A stretch of DNA of 64,000 bases from contig OZ024743.1 in the NCBI GenBank assembly GCA_964016885.1, positions 322,214,001 through 322,278,000 of the forward strand. Reading direction: 5' to 3'. Made by a program: the position numbers and the translations under genes. The notes beneath the pieces are model-generated. The model worked only from the letters and a program-made list of their open reading frames with translations, ran no database searches and was not told the origin of the DNA. This DNA comes from Eledone cirrhosa. Lineage: Eukaryota. Numbering within the stretch: the stretch's first letter is position 1; every line of letters begins with the position of its first letter. Positions 42,296 through 57,200 of this stretch are shown here, piece by piece.

Positions 42296-44160
42296 GCTAC
42301 AGTAAAACACATTTACCCACCTCTATCTGGGTCCTTAACTTGGAACTACAGTAAAACACACTTACCCAGATCGATCTGAGTCCTTAACTTGGAGCTAGAG
42401 TAAAAAACACGTACCTACCTCGATCTGGGTCCTTAATTTGGAGCTACAGTAAAAGACACTTACCCACCTCGATCTGGGTCCTAATTTGGAACTACAGTAA
42501 AACACACTTACCCACCTGATCTGGGACCTTAAATTGGAGCTACAGTAAAAGACACGTACCCACCTCGATCTGGGTCCTTAATTTGGAGCTACAGTAAAAG
42601 ACACATACCCACCTCGATCTGGGTCCTTAACTAGGAGCTACAATAAAACACACTTACCCACCTCGATCTGGGTCCTTAACTTGGAGCTACAGTAAAACAC
42701 ACCTTCCCACCATGATCTGGCTCCTTAACTTGGAGCTACAGTAAAACACACTTACTCACCTCGATATGGGTCCTTAACTTGGAGGTACAGTAAGAGACAC
42801 TTAACCACCTCGATAATGGTCCTTAACTTGGAGCTACATAAAAGACACTTACCCACCTCGATCTGGGTCCTTAACTTGGGGCTACGGTAAAAGAGACTGA
42901 CCCACCTCTACCTGGGTCCTTAACTTGGAACTTCAGTAAAAGACACTTACCCACCGCGATCTGGGTCCTTAACTTGGTGCTACAGTAAAACAGACTTACC
43001 CACCTCGATCTGGGTCCTTAACTTAGAGCTACAGTAAATCACACTTACTCAATTCGATCTGGTTCCTTAACTTGGAGCTACAATAAAACACACTTACCCA
43101 CCTCGATCTGGGTCTTTAACTTGGAACCACAGTAAAATACACTTACCCACCTCGATCTGGATCCTTAACTTGCAGCTAGAGTAAAAGACACTTACCCACC
43201 TATATTTGGGTCCTTAACTTGGAGCTACAGTAAAACACACTTACCCACCTTGATCTGAGTCTTTAACTTGGAACAACAGTAAAAGACACTTACCCATCTT
43301 GATCTGGGTCCTTCACTTGGAGCTACAGTAAAACACACTTACCCACCTTGATCTGGGTCGTTAACTTTGAACAACAGTAAAAGACACTTACCCACCTTTA
43401 TCTTGTTCCTTAACATGGAGCTGCAGTAAAACAGACTTACCCACCTTGATCTGGGTCCTTAACTTGGAGCTACAGTAAAAGACACTTACCCACCTCGATC
43501 TGGTTCCTTAACTTGGAGCTACAGTAAAACACACTTACCCACCTAGATCTGGGTCCTTAACTTCGAACTACAGTAAAAGTCACTTACTCACCTTGATCTG
43601 GGTCCTCAACTAGGAGCTACAGAAAAACACACTTACCCACATGATCTGGGTCCTTAACTGGGAGCTACAGTAAAACACACTTACCCACTTCGATCTGGGT
43701 CCTTTATTTGGAGCTACAGTAAACACACTTACCCACCTTGATCTGGGTCCTTAACTTGGAGCTACAGTAAAACACACTTACCCACCTCGAATTGGGTCCT
43801 TAATTGGAGCTACAGAAAAGGACATTTACCCACCTTGATCTGGGTCCTTAACTTGGTGCTACGGTAAAAGACACTTTCCTACCTTGATCTGGGTCCTTAA
43901 CTTGGAGCTAGAGTAAAAGACACTTACCCACCTCAATCTGGGACCTTAACTTGGAGATATAGTAAAAGACACTTACCCACCTCGATTTGGGTCCTTAAAT
44001 TGGAGCTACAGTAAAACACACTTACCCACCTAGATCTGGGTCATTAACTTGGGGCTAGAGTAAAACACACTTATTCACCTCGATCTGGGTTATTAACTTG
44101 GAGCTACATGAAAACACACTTACCCACCTCGATCTGGGTCCTTAACTTGGAGCTACAGTA
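40440..44160. repeat. Nested tandem duplication, period 1856 bp (~38 monomers); gives a third copy of the 36490-38340 segment
   Basis: CAGATCGATCTGAG 40511/42367 and CTACATGAAA 42248/44104 are both at +1856. Confidence 0.92.
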
Positions 44161-45119
44161 AAACACACTTACACACCTCAATCTGGGTCCTTAACTTGGA
44201 GGTACAGTAAGAGACACTTAACCACCTCGATCTGGGTCCTTAACTTGGAGCTACAGTAAAAGACACTTACCCACCTCGATCTGGGTCCTTAACTTGGGGC
44301 TACGGTAAAAGACACTTACCCACCTCGTGCTGGGTCCTTAACTTGGAACTACGGTAAAAGACACTTACCCACCTCGATCTGGGTCCTTAACTTGGAGCTA
44401 CAGTAAAACACACTTACCCACCTCCATCTGGGTGCTTAACTTGGAGCTAGAGTAGAAGACACTTATCATCCTCGATTTGGGTCCTTAACTTGGGGCTACG
44501 GTAAAATACACATACCCACCCGATCTGGGTCCTTAATTTGGAGCTATAGTAAAGACACTTACCCACCTCGATCTGGGTCCTTAACTTGGAACTACAGTAA
44601 AAGACACTTACCCACCTTGATCTGGGTCCTTAACTGGGAGCTACAGTAAAACACACTTACCCACCTTGATCTGGGTCCTTAACTTGGAACAACAGTAAAA
44701 GACACTTACCCACCTTTATCTTGTTCCTTAACATGGAGCTGCAGTAAAACACACTTACCCACCTTATCTGGGTCCTTAACTTGGAGCTACAGTAAAAGAC
44801 ACTTACCCACCTCGATCTGGGTTCTTAACTTGGAGCTACAGTAAAACACACTTACCCACCTAGATCTGGGTCCTTAACTTCGAACTACAGTAAAAGTCAC
44901 TTACTCACCTTGATCTGGGTCCTTAACTAGGAGCTACAGAAAAACACACTTACCCACATGATCTGGGTCCTTAACTTGGAGCTACAGTAAATCACACTTA
45001 CCCACGTCTATCTGGGTCCTTAACTTGGAACTACAGTAAAAGACACTTACCCACAATGATCTGGGTCCTTAACTGGGAGCTACAGTAAAACACACTTACC
45101 CACTTTGATCTGGGTCCTT

Positions 45120-48100
45120 TATTTGGAGCTACAGTAAACACACTTACCCACCTTAATCTGGGGCCTTAAATTGGAGCTACAGTAAAAGACACTTACCCAC
45201 CTTGATCTGGGTCCTTAACTTGGAGCTACAGTAAAACACACTTACCCACCTCGAATTGGGTCCTTAATTGGAGCTACAGAAAAAGATATTTACCCACCTT
45301 GATCTGGGTCCTTAACTTGGTGCTACAGTAAAAGACACTTTCCTACCTTGATCTGGGTCCTTAACTTGGAGCTAGAGTAAAAGACACTTACCCACCTCAA
45401 TCTGGGTCCTTAACTTGGAGATATAGTAAAAGACACTTACCCACCTCGATTTGGGTCCTTAAATTGGAGCTACAGTAAAACACACTTACCCACCTAGATC
45501 TGGGTCATTAACTTGGAGCTACAGTAAAACACACTTACCAACCTCGATCTGGGTCCTTAACTTGGAGCTTGAGTAAAACACACTTACCCACCTCGATCTG
45601 GGTCATTAACTTGGAGCTACAGTAAAACACACTTACCCACCTCGTGCTGGGTCCTTAACTTGGAACTACGGTAAAAGACACTTACCCACCTTGATCTGGG
45701 TCCTTAACTTGGAGCTACAGTAAAACACACTTACCCACCTCCATCTGGGTGCTTAACTTGGAGCTAGAGTAGAAGACACTTATCATCCTCGATTTGGGTC
45801 CTTAACTTGGGGCTACGGTAAAAGACACATACCCACCTCGATCTGTGTCCTTAACTTGGAGCTACAGTAAAAGACACTTACCCACCTCGATCTGGGTCCT
45901 TAACATGGAGCTACAGTAAAACACACTTACCCACCTAGATCTGGTTCCTTAACTTGGAGCTACAGTAAAACACACTTACCCACCTAGATCTGGGTCCTTA
46001 GTTTGGAGCTATAGTAAAGACACTTACCCACCTCGATATGGGTCCTTAACTTGGAACTACAGTATAAGACACTTACCCACCTTGATCTGGGTCCTCAACT
46101 GGGAGCTACAGTAAAACACACTTACCCACCTTGATCTGGGTCCTTAACTTGGAACAACAGTAAAAGACACTTACCCACCTTTATCTTGTTCCTTAACATG
46201 GAGCTGCAGTAAAACACACTTACCCACCTTATCTGGGTCCTTAACTTTGAGCTACAGTAAAAGACACTTACCCGCCTCGATCTGGGTCCTTAACTTGGAG
46301 CTACAGTAAAACACACTTACCCACCTCGAATTGGGTCCTTAATTGGAGCTACAGAAAAAGACATTTACCCACCTTGATCTGGGTCCTTAACTAGGAGCTA
46401 CAGAAAAACACACTTACCCACATGATCTGGGTCCTTAACTTGGAGCTACAGTAAATCACACTTACCCACCTTAATCTGGGTCCTTAATTTGGAGCTATAG
46501 TAAAGACACCTACCCACGTCTATCTGGGTCCTTAACTTGGAACTACAGTAAAAGACACTTACCCACAATGATATGGGTCCTTAACTGGGAGCTACAGAAA
46601 AACACACTTACCCACATGATCTGGGTCCTTAACTTGGAGCTACAGTAAACACACTTACCCACCTTAATCTGGGGCCTTAAATTGGAGCTACAGTAAAAGA
46701 CACTTACCCACCTTGATCTGGGTCCTTAACTTGGAGCTACCGTAAAACACACTTACCCACCTCGAATTGGGTCCTTAATTGGAGCTACAGAAAAAGATAT
46801 TTACCCACCTTGATTTGGGTCCTTAACTTGGTGCTACAGTAAAAGACACTTTCCTACCTTGATCTGGGTCCTTAACTTGGAGCTAGAGTAAAAGACACTT
46901 ACCCACCTCAATATGGGTCCTTAACTTGGAGATATAGTAAAAGACACTTACCCACCTCGATTTGGGTCCTTAAATTGGAGCTACAGTAAAACACACTTAC
47001 CCACCTAGATCTGGGTCATTAACTTGGAGCTACAGTAAAACACACTTACCAACCTCGATCTGGGTCCTTAACTTGGAGCTAGAGTAAAACACACTTACCC
47101 ACCTCGATCTGGGTCATTAACTTGGAGCTACAGTAAAACACACTTACCCACCTCGTGCTGGGTCCTTAGCTTGGAACTACGGTAAAAGACACTTACCCAC
47201 CTTGATCTGGGTCCTTAACTTGGAGCTACAGTAAAACACACTTACCCACCTCCATCTGGGTGCTTAACTTGGAGCTAGAGTAGAAGACACTTATCATCCT
47301 CGATTTGGGTCCTTAACTTGGGGCTACGGTAAAAGACACATACCCACCTCGATCTGTGTCCTTAACTTGGAGCTACAGTAAAAGACACTTACCCACCTCG
47401 ATCTGGGTCCTTAACATGGAGCTACAGTAAAACACACTTACCCACCTAGATCTGGTTCCTTAACTTGGAGCTACAGTAAAACACACTTACCCACCTAGAT
47501 CTGGGTCCTTAGTTTGGAGCTATAGTAAAGACACTTACACACCTCGATATGGGTCCTTAACTTGGAACTACAGTATAAGACACTTACCCACCTTGATCTG
47601 GGTCCTCAACTGGGAGCTACAGTAAAACACACTTACCCACCTTGATCTGGGTCCTTAACTTGGAACAACAGTAAAAGACACTTACCCACCTTTATCTTGT
47701 TCCTTAACATGGAGCTGCAGTAAAACACACTTACCCACCTTATCTGGGTCCTTAACTTTGAGCTACAGTAAAAGACACTTACCCGCCTCGATCTGGGTCC
47801 TTAACTTGGAGCTACAGTAAAACACACTTACCCACCTCGAATTGGGTCCTTAATTGGAGCTACAGAAAAAGACATTTACCCACCTTGATCTGGGTCCTTA
47901 ACTAGGAGCTACAGAAAAACACACTTACCCACATGATCTGGGTCCTTAACTTGGAGCTACAGTAAATCACACTTACCCACCTTAATCTGGGTCCTTAATT
48001 TGGAGCTATAGTAAAGACACTACCCACGTCTATCTGGGTCCTTAACTTGGAACTACAGTAAAAGACACTTACCCACAATGATCTGGGTCCTTAACTGGGA

Positions 48101-48270
48101 GCTACAGAAAAACACACTTACCCACATGATCTGGGTCCTTAACTTGGAGCTACAGTAAACACACTTACCCACCTTAATCTGGGGCCTTAAATTGGAGCTA
48201 CAGTAAAAGACACTTACCCACCTTGATCTGGGTCCTTAACTTGGAGCTACAGTAAAACACACTTACCCAC
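45120..48270. repeat. Higher-order tandem duplication, period 1511 bp (~31 monomers), 2 copies
   Basis: CTCGTGCTGG 45641/47152 and AGTATAAGAC 46061/47572 are both at +1511. A more diverged relative lies upstream (CTCGTGC at 44324). Confidence 0.88.
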
Positions 48271-51200
48271 CTTGATCTGGGTCCTTAACTTGGAACAACA
48301 GTAAAAGACACTTACCCACCTTTATCTTGTTCCTTAACATGGAGCTGCAGTAAAACACACTTACCCACCTTATCTGGGTCCTTAATTTGGAGCTACAGTA
48401 AAAGACACTTACCCACCTCGATCTGGGTCCTTAACTTGGAGCTACAGTAAAACACACTTACCCACCTTGATCTGGGTCCTTAACTTGGAACAACAGTAAA
48501 AGACACTTACCCACCTTTATCTTGTTCCTTAACATGGAGCTACAGTAAAAGACACGTACCCACCTCGATCTGGGTCCTTAATTTGGAGCTACAGTAAAAG
48601 ACACATACCCACCTCGATCTGGGTCCTTAACTAGGAGCTACAATAAAACACACTTACCCACCTCGATCTGGGTCCTTAACTTGGAGCTACAGTAAAACAC
48701 ACCTTCCCACCATGATCTGGGTCCTTAACTTGGGGCTACAGTAAAACAGACTTACCCACCTCGATCTGGGTCCTTAACTTAGAGCTACAGTAAATCACAC
48801 TTACTCAATTCGATCTGGGTCCTTAACTTGGAGCTACAATAAAACACACTTACCCACCTCGATCTGGGTCCTTAACTTGGAACTACAGTAAAAGACACTT
48901 ACCCACCTCGATCTGGATCCTTAACTTGCAGCTAGAGTAAAAGACACTTATCCACCTATATTTGGGTCCTTAACTTGGAGCTACAGTAAAACACACTTAC
49001 CCACCTTGATCTGAGTCCTTAACTTCGAACAACAGTAAAAGACACATACCCATCTTGATCTGGGTCCTTAACTTGGAGCTACAGTAAAACACACTTACCC
49101 ACCTTGATCTGGGTCCTTAACTTGGAACAACAGTAAAAGACACTTACCCACCATGATCTGGGTCCTTAACTGGGAGCTACAGTAAAACACACTTACCCAC
49201 TTCGATCTGGGTCCTTTATTTGGAGCTACAGTAAACACACTTACCCACCTTGATCTGGGGCCTTAATTTGGAGCTATAGTAAAGACACTTACCCACGTTG
49301 ATCTGTGTCCTTAACTTGGAACTACAGTAAAAGACACTTACCCACCATGATCTGGGTCCTTAACTGGGAGCTACAGTAAAACACACTTACCCACTTCGAT
49401 CTGGGTCCTTTATTTGGAGCTACAGTAAACACACTTACCCACCCTGATCTGAGGCCTTAAATTGGAGCTACAGTAAAAGACACTTACCCACCTTGATCTG
49501 AGTCCTTAACTTGGAGCTAGATTAAAAGACACTTACCAACCTCAATCTGGGTCCTTAACTTGGAGATATAGTAAAAGACACTTACCCACCTCGATTTGGG
49601 TCCTTAACTTGGAGCTACAGTAAAACGCACTTACCCACCTAGATCTGGGTCATTAACTTGGAGCTACAGTAAAACACACTTACCAACCTCGATCTCGGTC
49701 CTTAACTTGAAGCTACAGTAAAACACACTTACCCACCTCGATCTGGGTCTTTATCTTGGAATTACAGTAAAAGACACTTACCCACCATGATCTGGGTCCT
49801 TAACTTGGAGCTACAGTAAAACACACTTACCCACCTCGAATTGTGTCCTTAATTGGAGCTACAGAAAAAGACATTTACCCACCTTGATCTGGGTCCTTAA
49901 CTTGGTGCTACAGTAAAAGACACTTTCCTACCTTGATCTGGCTCCTTAACTTGCAGCTAGATTAAAAGACACTTACCCACCTCAATCTGGGTCCTTAACT
50001 TGGAGATATATTAAAAGACACTTACCCACCTCGATTTGGGTCCTTAACTTGGAGCTACAGTAAAACACACTTACCCACCTAGATCTGCGTCATTAACTTG
50101 GAGCTACAGTAAAACACACTTACCAACCTCGATCTCGGTCCTTAACTTGAAGCTACAGTAAAACACACTTACCCACCTCGATCTGGGTCATTAACTTGGA
50201 GCTACAGTAAAACATACTTACCCACCAGATCTGGGTCCTTAACTTCGAACTACAGTAAAAGACACTTACTCACCTTGATCTGGGTACTTAACTTGGAGCT
50301 ACAGTAAAACACACTTACCCACCTTGATCTGGGTCCTTAACTTGGAGCTACAGTAAAACACACTTACTCACCTCGATCTGGGTCCTTAACTTGGAGCTAC
50401 AGTAAAAGACACTTACCCACCTCCATCTGGGTCCTTAACTTCGAACTACAGTAAAAGACACTTACCCACCATGATCTGGGTCCTTAACTGGGAGCTACAG
50501 TAAAACACACTTACCCACCTCGATCTGGGTCCTTAGCTTGAGCTACAGTAAACACACTTACCCACCTCAATCTGGCTCCTTAACTTGGAGATATAGTAAA
50601 AGACACTTACCCACCTCGATTTGGGTCCTTAACTTGGAGCTACAGTATAACACACTTACCCACATAGATCTGGGTCATTAACTTGGAGCTACAGTAAAAC
50701 ACACTTACTCACCTCGATCTCGGTCCTTAACTTGAAGCTACAGTAAAACACACTTAACCACCTCGATCTGGGTCCTTAACTTGGAGCTAGAGTAAAACAC
50801 ACTTACCCACCTCGATCTGGGTCATTAACTTGGAGCTACAGTAAAACATACTTACCCACCAGATCTGGGTCCTTAACTTGGAGCTACAGTAAAACACACT
50901 TACCCACCTCGAATTGGGTCCTTAATTGGAGCTACAGAAAAAGACATTTACCCACCTTGATCTGGGTCCTTAACTTGGTGCTACAGTAAAAGACACTTTC
51001 CTACCTTGATCTGGGTCCTTGACTTGGAGCTAGAGTAAAAGACACTTACCCACCTCTTGCCGGGTCCTTAACTTGGAACTACAGTAAAAGACACTTACCC
51101 ACCTAGATCTGGGTCATTAACTTGGAGCTACAGTAAAACAAACTTACCAACCTCGATCTCGGTCCTTAACTTGAAGCTACAGTAAAACACACTTACCCAC

Positions 51201-54200
51201 CTCGTACTGGGTCCTTAACTTGGAGCTAGAGTAAAACACACTTACCCACCTCGATCTGGGTCATTAACTTGGAGCTACAGTAAAAGACACTTACCCACCT
51301 CGATCTGGGTCCTTAACTTGGGGCTACGGTAAAAGACACTTACCCACCTCTTGCCGGGTCCTTAACTTGGAACTACAGTAAAAGACACTTACCCATCTGG
51401 ATCTGGTTCCTTAACTTGGAGCTACAGTAAAACACACTTACCCACCTCCATCTGGGTCCTTAACTTGGAGCTAGAGTAGAAGACACTTATCATCCTCGAT
51501 TGGGGTCCTTAACTTGGGGCTACGGTAAAAGACGCATACCCACAACGATCTGTGTCCTTAACTTGGAGCTACAGTAAAAGACACTTACCCACCTCGATCT
51601 GGGTCCTTAACATGGAGCTACAGTAAAACACACTTACCAACCTAGATCTGGGTCCTTAACTTGGAGCTACAGTAAAACACACTTACCCACCTAGATCTGG
51701 GTCCTTAGTTTGGAGCTATAGTAAAGACACTTACCCACCTCCATCTGGGTCCTTAACTTGGAACTACAGTAAAAGTCACTTATGCACCTTGATCTGGGTC
51801 CTTAACTGGGAGCTACCGTAAAACACATTTACCCACCTCTATCTGGGTCCTTAACTTGGAACTACAGTAAAACACACTTACCCAGCTCGATCTGAGTCCT
51901 TAACTTGGAGCTAGAGTAAAAAACACGTACCTACCTCGATCTGGGTCCTTAACTAGGGGCTACAATAAAACACACTTACCCACCTAGATCTGGGTCCTTA
52001 GTTTGGAGCTATAGTAAAGAGACTTACCCACATCCATCTGGGTCCTTAATTTGGAGCTACAGAAAAAGACACTTACCCACCTCGATCTGGGTCCTAATTT
52101 GGAACTACAGTAAAACACACTTACCCACCTGATCTGGGACCTTAAATTGGAGCTACAGTAAAAGACACGTACCCACCTCGATCTGGGTCCTTAATTTGGA
52201 GCTACAGTAAAAGACACATACCCACCTCGATCTGGGTCCTTAACTAGGAGCTACAATAAAACACACTACCCACCTCGATCTGGGTCCTTAACTTGGAGCT
52301 ACAGTAAAACACACCTTCCCACCATGATCTGGGTCCTTAACTTGGGGCTAGAGTTAAACACACTTACCCACCTCGATATGGGTCCTTAACTTGGAGGTAC
52401 AGTAAGAGACACTTAACCACCTCGATAATGGTCCTTAACTTGGAGCTACATAAAAGACACTTACCCACCTTTATCTGGGTCCTTAACTTGGGGCTACGGT
52501 AAAAGACACTTACCCACCTCTATCTGGGTCCTTAACATGGAACTTCAGTAAAAGACACTTACCCACCGCGATCTGGGTCCTTAACTTGGAGCTACAGTAA
52601 AACAGACTTACCCACCTCGATCTGGGTCCTTAACTTAGAGCTACAGTAAATCACACTTACTCAATTCGATCTGGGTCCTTAACTTGGAGCTACAATAAAA
52701 CACACTTACCCACCTCGATCTGGGTCCTTAACTTGGAACTACAGTAAAAGACACTTACCCACCTCGATCTGGGTCCTTAACTTGGAGCTACAGTAAAACA
52801 CAACTTCACACCATGATCTGGGTCCTTAACTTGGAGCTACAGTAAAACACACTTACCCACCTTGATCTGGGTCCTTAACTTGGAACAACAGTAAAAGACA
52901 CTTACCCACCATGATCTGGGTCCTTAATTTGGGGCTAGAGTTAAACACACTTACCCACTTCGATCTGGGGCCTTAATTTGGAGCTATAGTAAAGACACTT
53001 ACCCACGTCGATCTGGGTCCTTAACTTGGAACTACAGTAAAAGACACTTACCCACCTCGATCTGGTTCATTAACTTGGAGCTACAGTAAAACATACTTAC
53101 CCACCAGATCTGGGTCCTTAACTTGGAACTACAGTAAAAGACACTTTCCCACCTCGATCTGGGTCCTGAACTTGGAGCTACAGTAAAACACACTTACACA
53201 CCTCGATCTGGGTCCTTAACTTGGAGGTACAGTAAGAGACACTTAACCACCTCGATCTGGGACCTTAACTTGGAGCAACAGTAAAAGACACTTACCCACC
53301 TCGATCTGGGTCCTTAACTTGGGGCTACGGTAAAAGACACTTACCCACCTCGATATGGGTCCTTAACTTGGAACTACAGTAAAAGACCCTTACCCACCTC
53401 GATCTGGGTCCCTAACTTAGAGCTACAGTAAAAGACACTTAACAACCTCGATCTGGTTCCTTAACTTGGAGCTACAGTAAAAGACACTTACACACCTCGA
53501 TCTGGGTCCTTAACTTGGAACTACAGTAAAACACACTTACCCACCTCGATCTGGGTCCTTAACTTAGAGCTACAGTAAAAGACACTTAACCACCTCGATC
53601 TGGTTCCTTAACTTGGAGCTACAATAAAACACACTTAACGTCCTCGATCTCGATCCTTAAATTGCAGCTACAATAAAACACATTAAACCACCTCGATCTG
53701 GGTCCTTAACTTGGAGCTACAGTAAAACACACTTACCCACCACGATCTGGGTCCTTAACTTGGAGCTACAGTAAAAGACACTTACCCACCTCGATCTGGG
53801 TCCTTAACATGGAGCTACAGTAAAACACACTTACCCACTCGATCTGGGTCCTTAACTTGGGGCTACAGTAAAAGACACTTACCCACCTTCATCTGGGTCC
53901 TTAACTAGGAGCTACAGTAAAAGACACTTACCCATCTCGATCTGGCTCCTTAACTTGGAGCTACAATAAAACACAATACCCACCTCGTTCTAGGTCACTA
54001 ACTTGGAATTACAGTAAAAGACACTTACCCACCTCTATCTGTGTCCTTAACTTGGAGCTACAGTAAAAGACACTTACCCACCTAGATCTGGGTCCTTAAC
54101 TTCAAACTACAGTAAAAGACACTTACCCACCTTGATCTGAGTCCTTAACTTCGAACAACAGTAACAGACACTTACCCACCTTGATCTGGGTCCTTAACTT

Positions 54201-57200
54201 GGAGCTACAGTAAAACAAACTTACCCACCTTGATCTGGGTCCTTAACTTGGAACAACAGTAAAAGACACTTACCCACCTTGATCTGGGTCCTAAACTTGG
54301 AGCTAGAGTAAAACACACTTACCCACCTCGATCTGGTTCCTTAACTTGGAGCTACAGTAAAAGACACTTACTCGCCTTGATCTGGGTCCTTAACTAGGAG
54401 CTACAGTAAAAGACACTTACCCACCTGGATCTGGGTCCTTAACTGGCAGCTACAGTAAAAGACACTTACCCACCTCTATCTGGGTCATTGACTTGGAACT
54501 ACAGTAAAAGACACTTACCCACCTTGATCTGGGTCCTTAACTGGGAGCTACAGTAAAGGACACTTACCCACCTCGATCTGGGTCCTTAACTTGAAGCTAC
54601 AGTAAAACACACTTACCCACCTTGAATTGGATCCTTAATTGGAGATACAGAAAAAGACATTTACACACCTTGATCTGGGTCCTTAACTTGGAGCTACAGT
54701 AAAAGACACTTACCCACAGGATCTGGGTCCTTAACTTGGAGATATAGTAAAAGACACTTACCCACCTCGATTTGGGTCCTTATCTTGGAGCTACAGTAAA
54801 ACACACTTACCCACGTCTGTCTGGGTCCTTAACTTGGAGCTACAGTAAAACACACTTACCTACCTCGATCTGGGTCCTTAACTTGAAGCTACAGTAAAAC
54901 ACACTTACCCACCCTGATCTGGGTCCTTAACTTGGAGCTAGAGTAAAACACACTTACCCACCTCGATCTGGGTCATTAACTTGGAGCTACAGTAAAAGAC
55001 ATTTAACCACCTCGATCTGGTTCCTTAACTTGGAGCTACAATAAAACACACTTACCGACCTTGATCTGGGTCCTTAAATTGGAGCTAAAATAAAACACAC
55101 TTACCGACCTCGATCTGGGTCCTGAACTTGGAACTACAGTAAAAGACACTTACCCACCTCTATCTGGGTCCTGACTTGGAGCTACAGTAAAACACACTTA
55201 CCCACCTCGATCTGGGTCCTTAACTTGGAGCTACAGTAAAAGACACTTACACACCTCGATCTGGGTCCTTAACTTGGAGGTACCTTAAGAGACACTTAAC
55301 CACCTCGATCTGGGTCCTTAACTTGGAGCTACAGTAAAAGACACTTACCCACCTCGATGTGGGTCCTTAAATTGGAACTACAGTAAAAGACACTTACCCA
55401 CCTGATCTGGGTCCTTAATTTGGAGCTACGATAAAACAGACTTACCCACCTCCATCTGGGTCCTTAACTTGGAGCTAGAGTAAAAGACACTTACCCACCT
55501 GATTTGGGTCCTTAACTTGGAGCTACAGTAAAACAGACTTACCCACCTCGATCTGGGTCCTTAACTTGGAGCTACAATAAAACACAATACCCAGCTCGAT
55601 ATGGGTCCTTAATTTGGAGCTACAGTAAAATACACTTACCCACCTCTATCTGGGTCCTTAACTTGAAGCTACAGTAAAACACACTTACCCACCTCGATCT
55701 GTGTCCTTAACTTGGAGCTAGAGTAAAACACACTTATCCACCTCGATCTGGGTCATTAACTTGGAGCTACAGTAAAACATACTTACCCACCAGATCTGGG
55801 TCCTTAACTTGGAACTACTTGTAAAAGACACTTACCCACCTCGATCTGGGTCCTGAACTTGGAGCTAGAGTAAAAGACACTTACCCACTTGATTTGGGTC
55901 CTTAACTTGGAGCTACAGTAAAACAGACTTACCCACCTCAATCTGGGTCCTTAACTTGGAGCTACAGTAAAACACATTTACCCACCTCTATTTGGGTCCT
56001 TAACTTGGAGCTACAATAAAAGACATTTACCCACCTTGATCTGGGTCCTTAACTTGGAGCTACAGTAAAACACACTTACCCACCTCGATCTCGGTCCTTA
56101 ACTTGAAGCTACAGTAAAACACACTTACCCACCTCGATCTGGGTCCTTAACTTGGAGCTAGAGTAAAACACACTTACCCACCTCGATCTGGGTCATTAAC
56201 TTGGAGCTACAGTAAAACATACTTACCCACCAGATCTGGGTCCTTAACTTGGAACTACAGTAAAAGACACTTACCCACCTCGATCTGGGTCCTGAACTTG
56301 GAGCTACAATAAAACACACTTACCCACCTCGATCTGGGTCCTTAACTTGGAGCTACAGGAAAACACACTTACACACCTCAATCTGGGTCCTTAACTTGGA
56401 GCTACAGAAAAAGACACTTACCCACCTCGATCTGGGTTCTTAACTTGGAGCTACAGTAAAAGACACTTACCCACCTCGATCTGGGTCCTTAACTTGGGGC
56501 TACGGTAAAAGACACTTACCCACCTCGATCTGGGTCCTTAACTTGGAACTACAGTAAAAGACACTTACCCACCTCGATCTGGATCCTTAACTTGGAGCTA
56601 CAGTAAAACACACTTACCCACCTCCATCTGGGTGCTTAACTTGGAGCTAGAGTAGAAGACACTTATCATCCTCGATTTGGGTCCTTAACTTGGAGCTACA
56701 GTAAAAGACACTTACCCACTTCGATTTGGGTCCTTAACCTGGAGCTAGAGTAAAAGACACTTGCCCACCTCGATCTGGGTCCTTAACTTGGAACTACAGT
56801 AACACACACTTACCCACCTCGATCTGGGTCCTTAACTTAGAGCTACAGCAAAAGACACTTAACCACCTCGATCTGGTTCCTTAACTTGGAGCTACAATAA
56901 AACACACTTAACGTCCTGGATCTCGATCCTTAACTTGCAGCTACAATAAAACACACTTAACCACCTCGATCTGGGTCCTTAACTTGGAGCTACAGTAAAA
57001 GACACTTACCCACCTGATCTGGGTCCTTAACATGGAACTACAGTAAAAGACACTTACCCACCTTGATCTGAGTCCTTAACTTCGAACAACAGTAAAAGAC
57101 ACTGACCCACCTTGATCTGGGTCCTTAAATTGGAGCTACAGTAAAACACACTTACCCACCTTGATCTGGGTCCTTAACTTGGAACAACAGTAAAACACAC

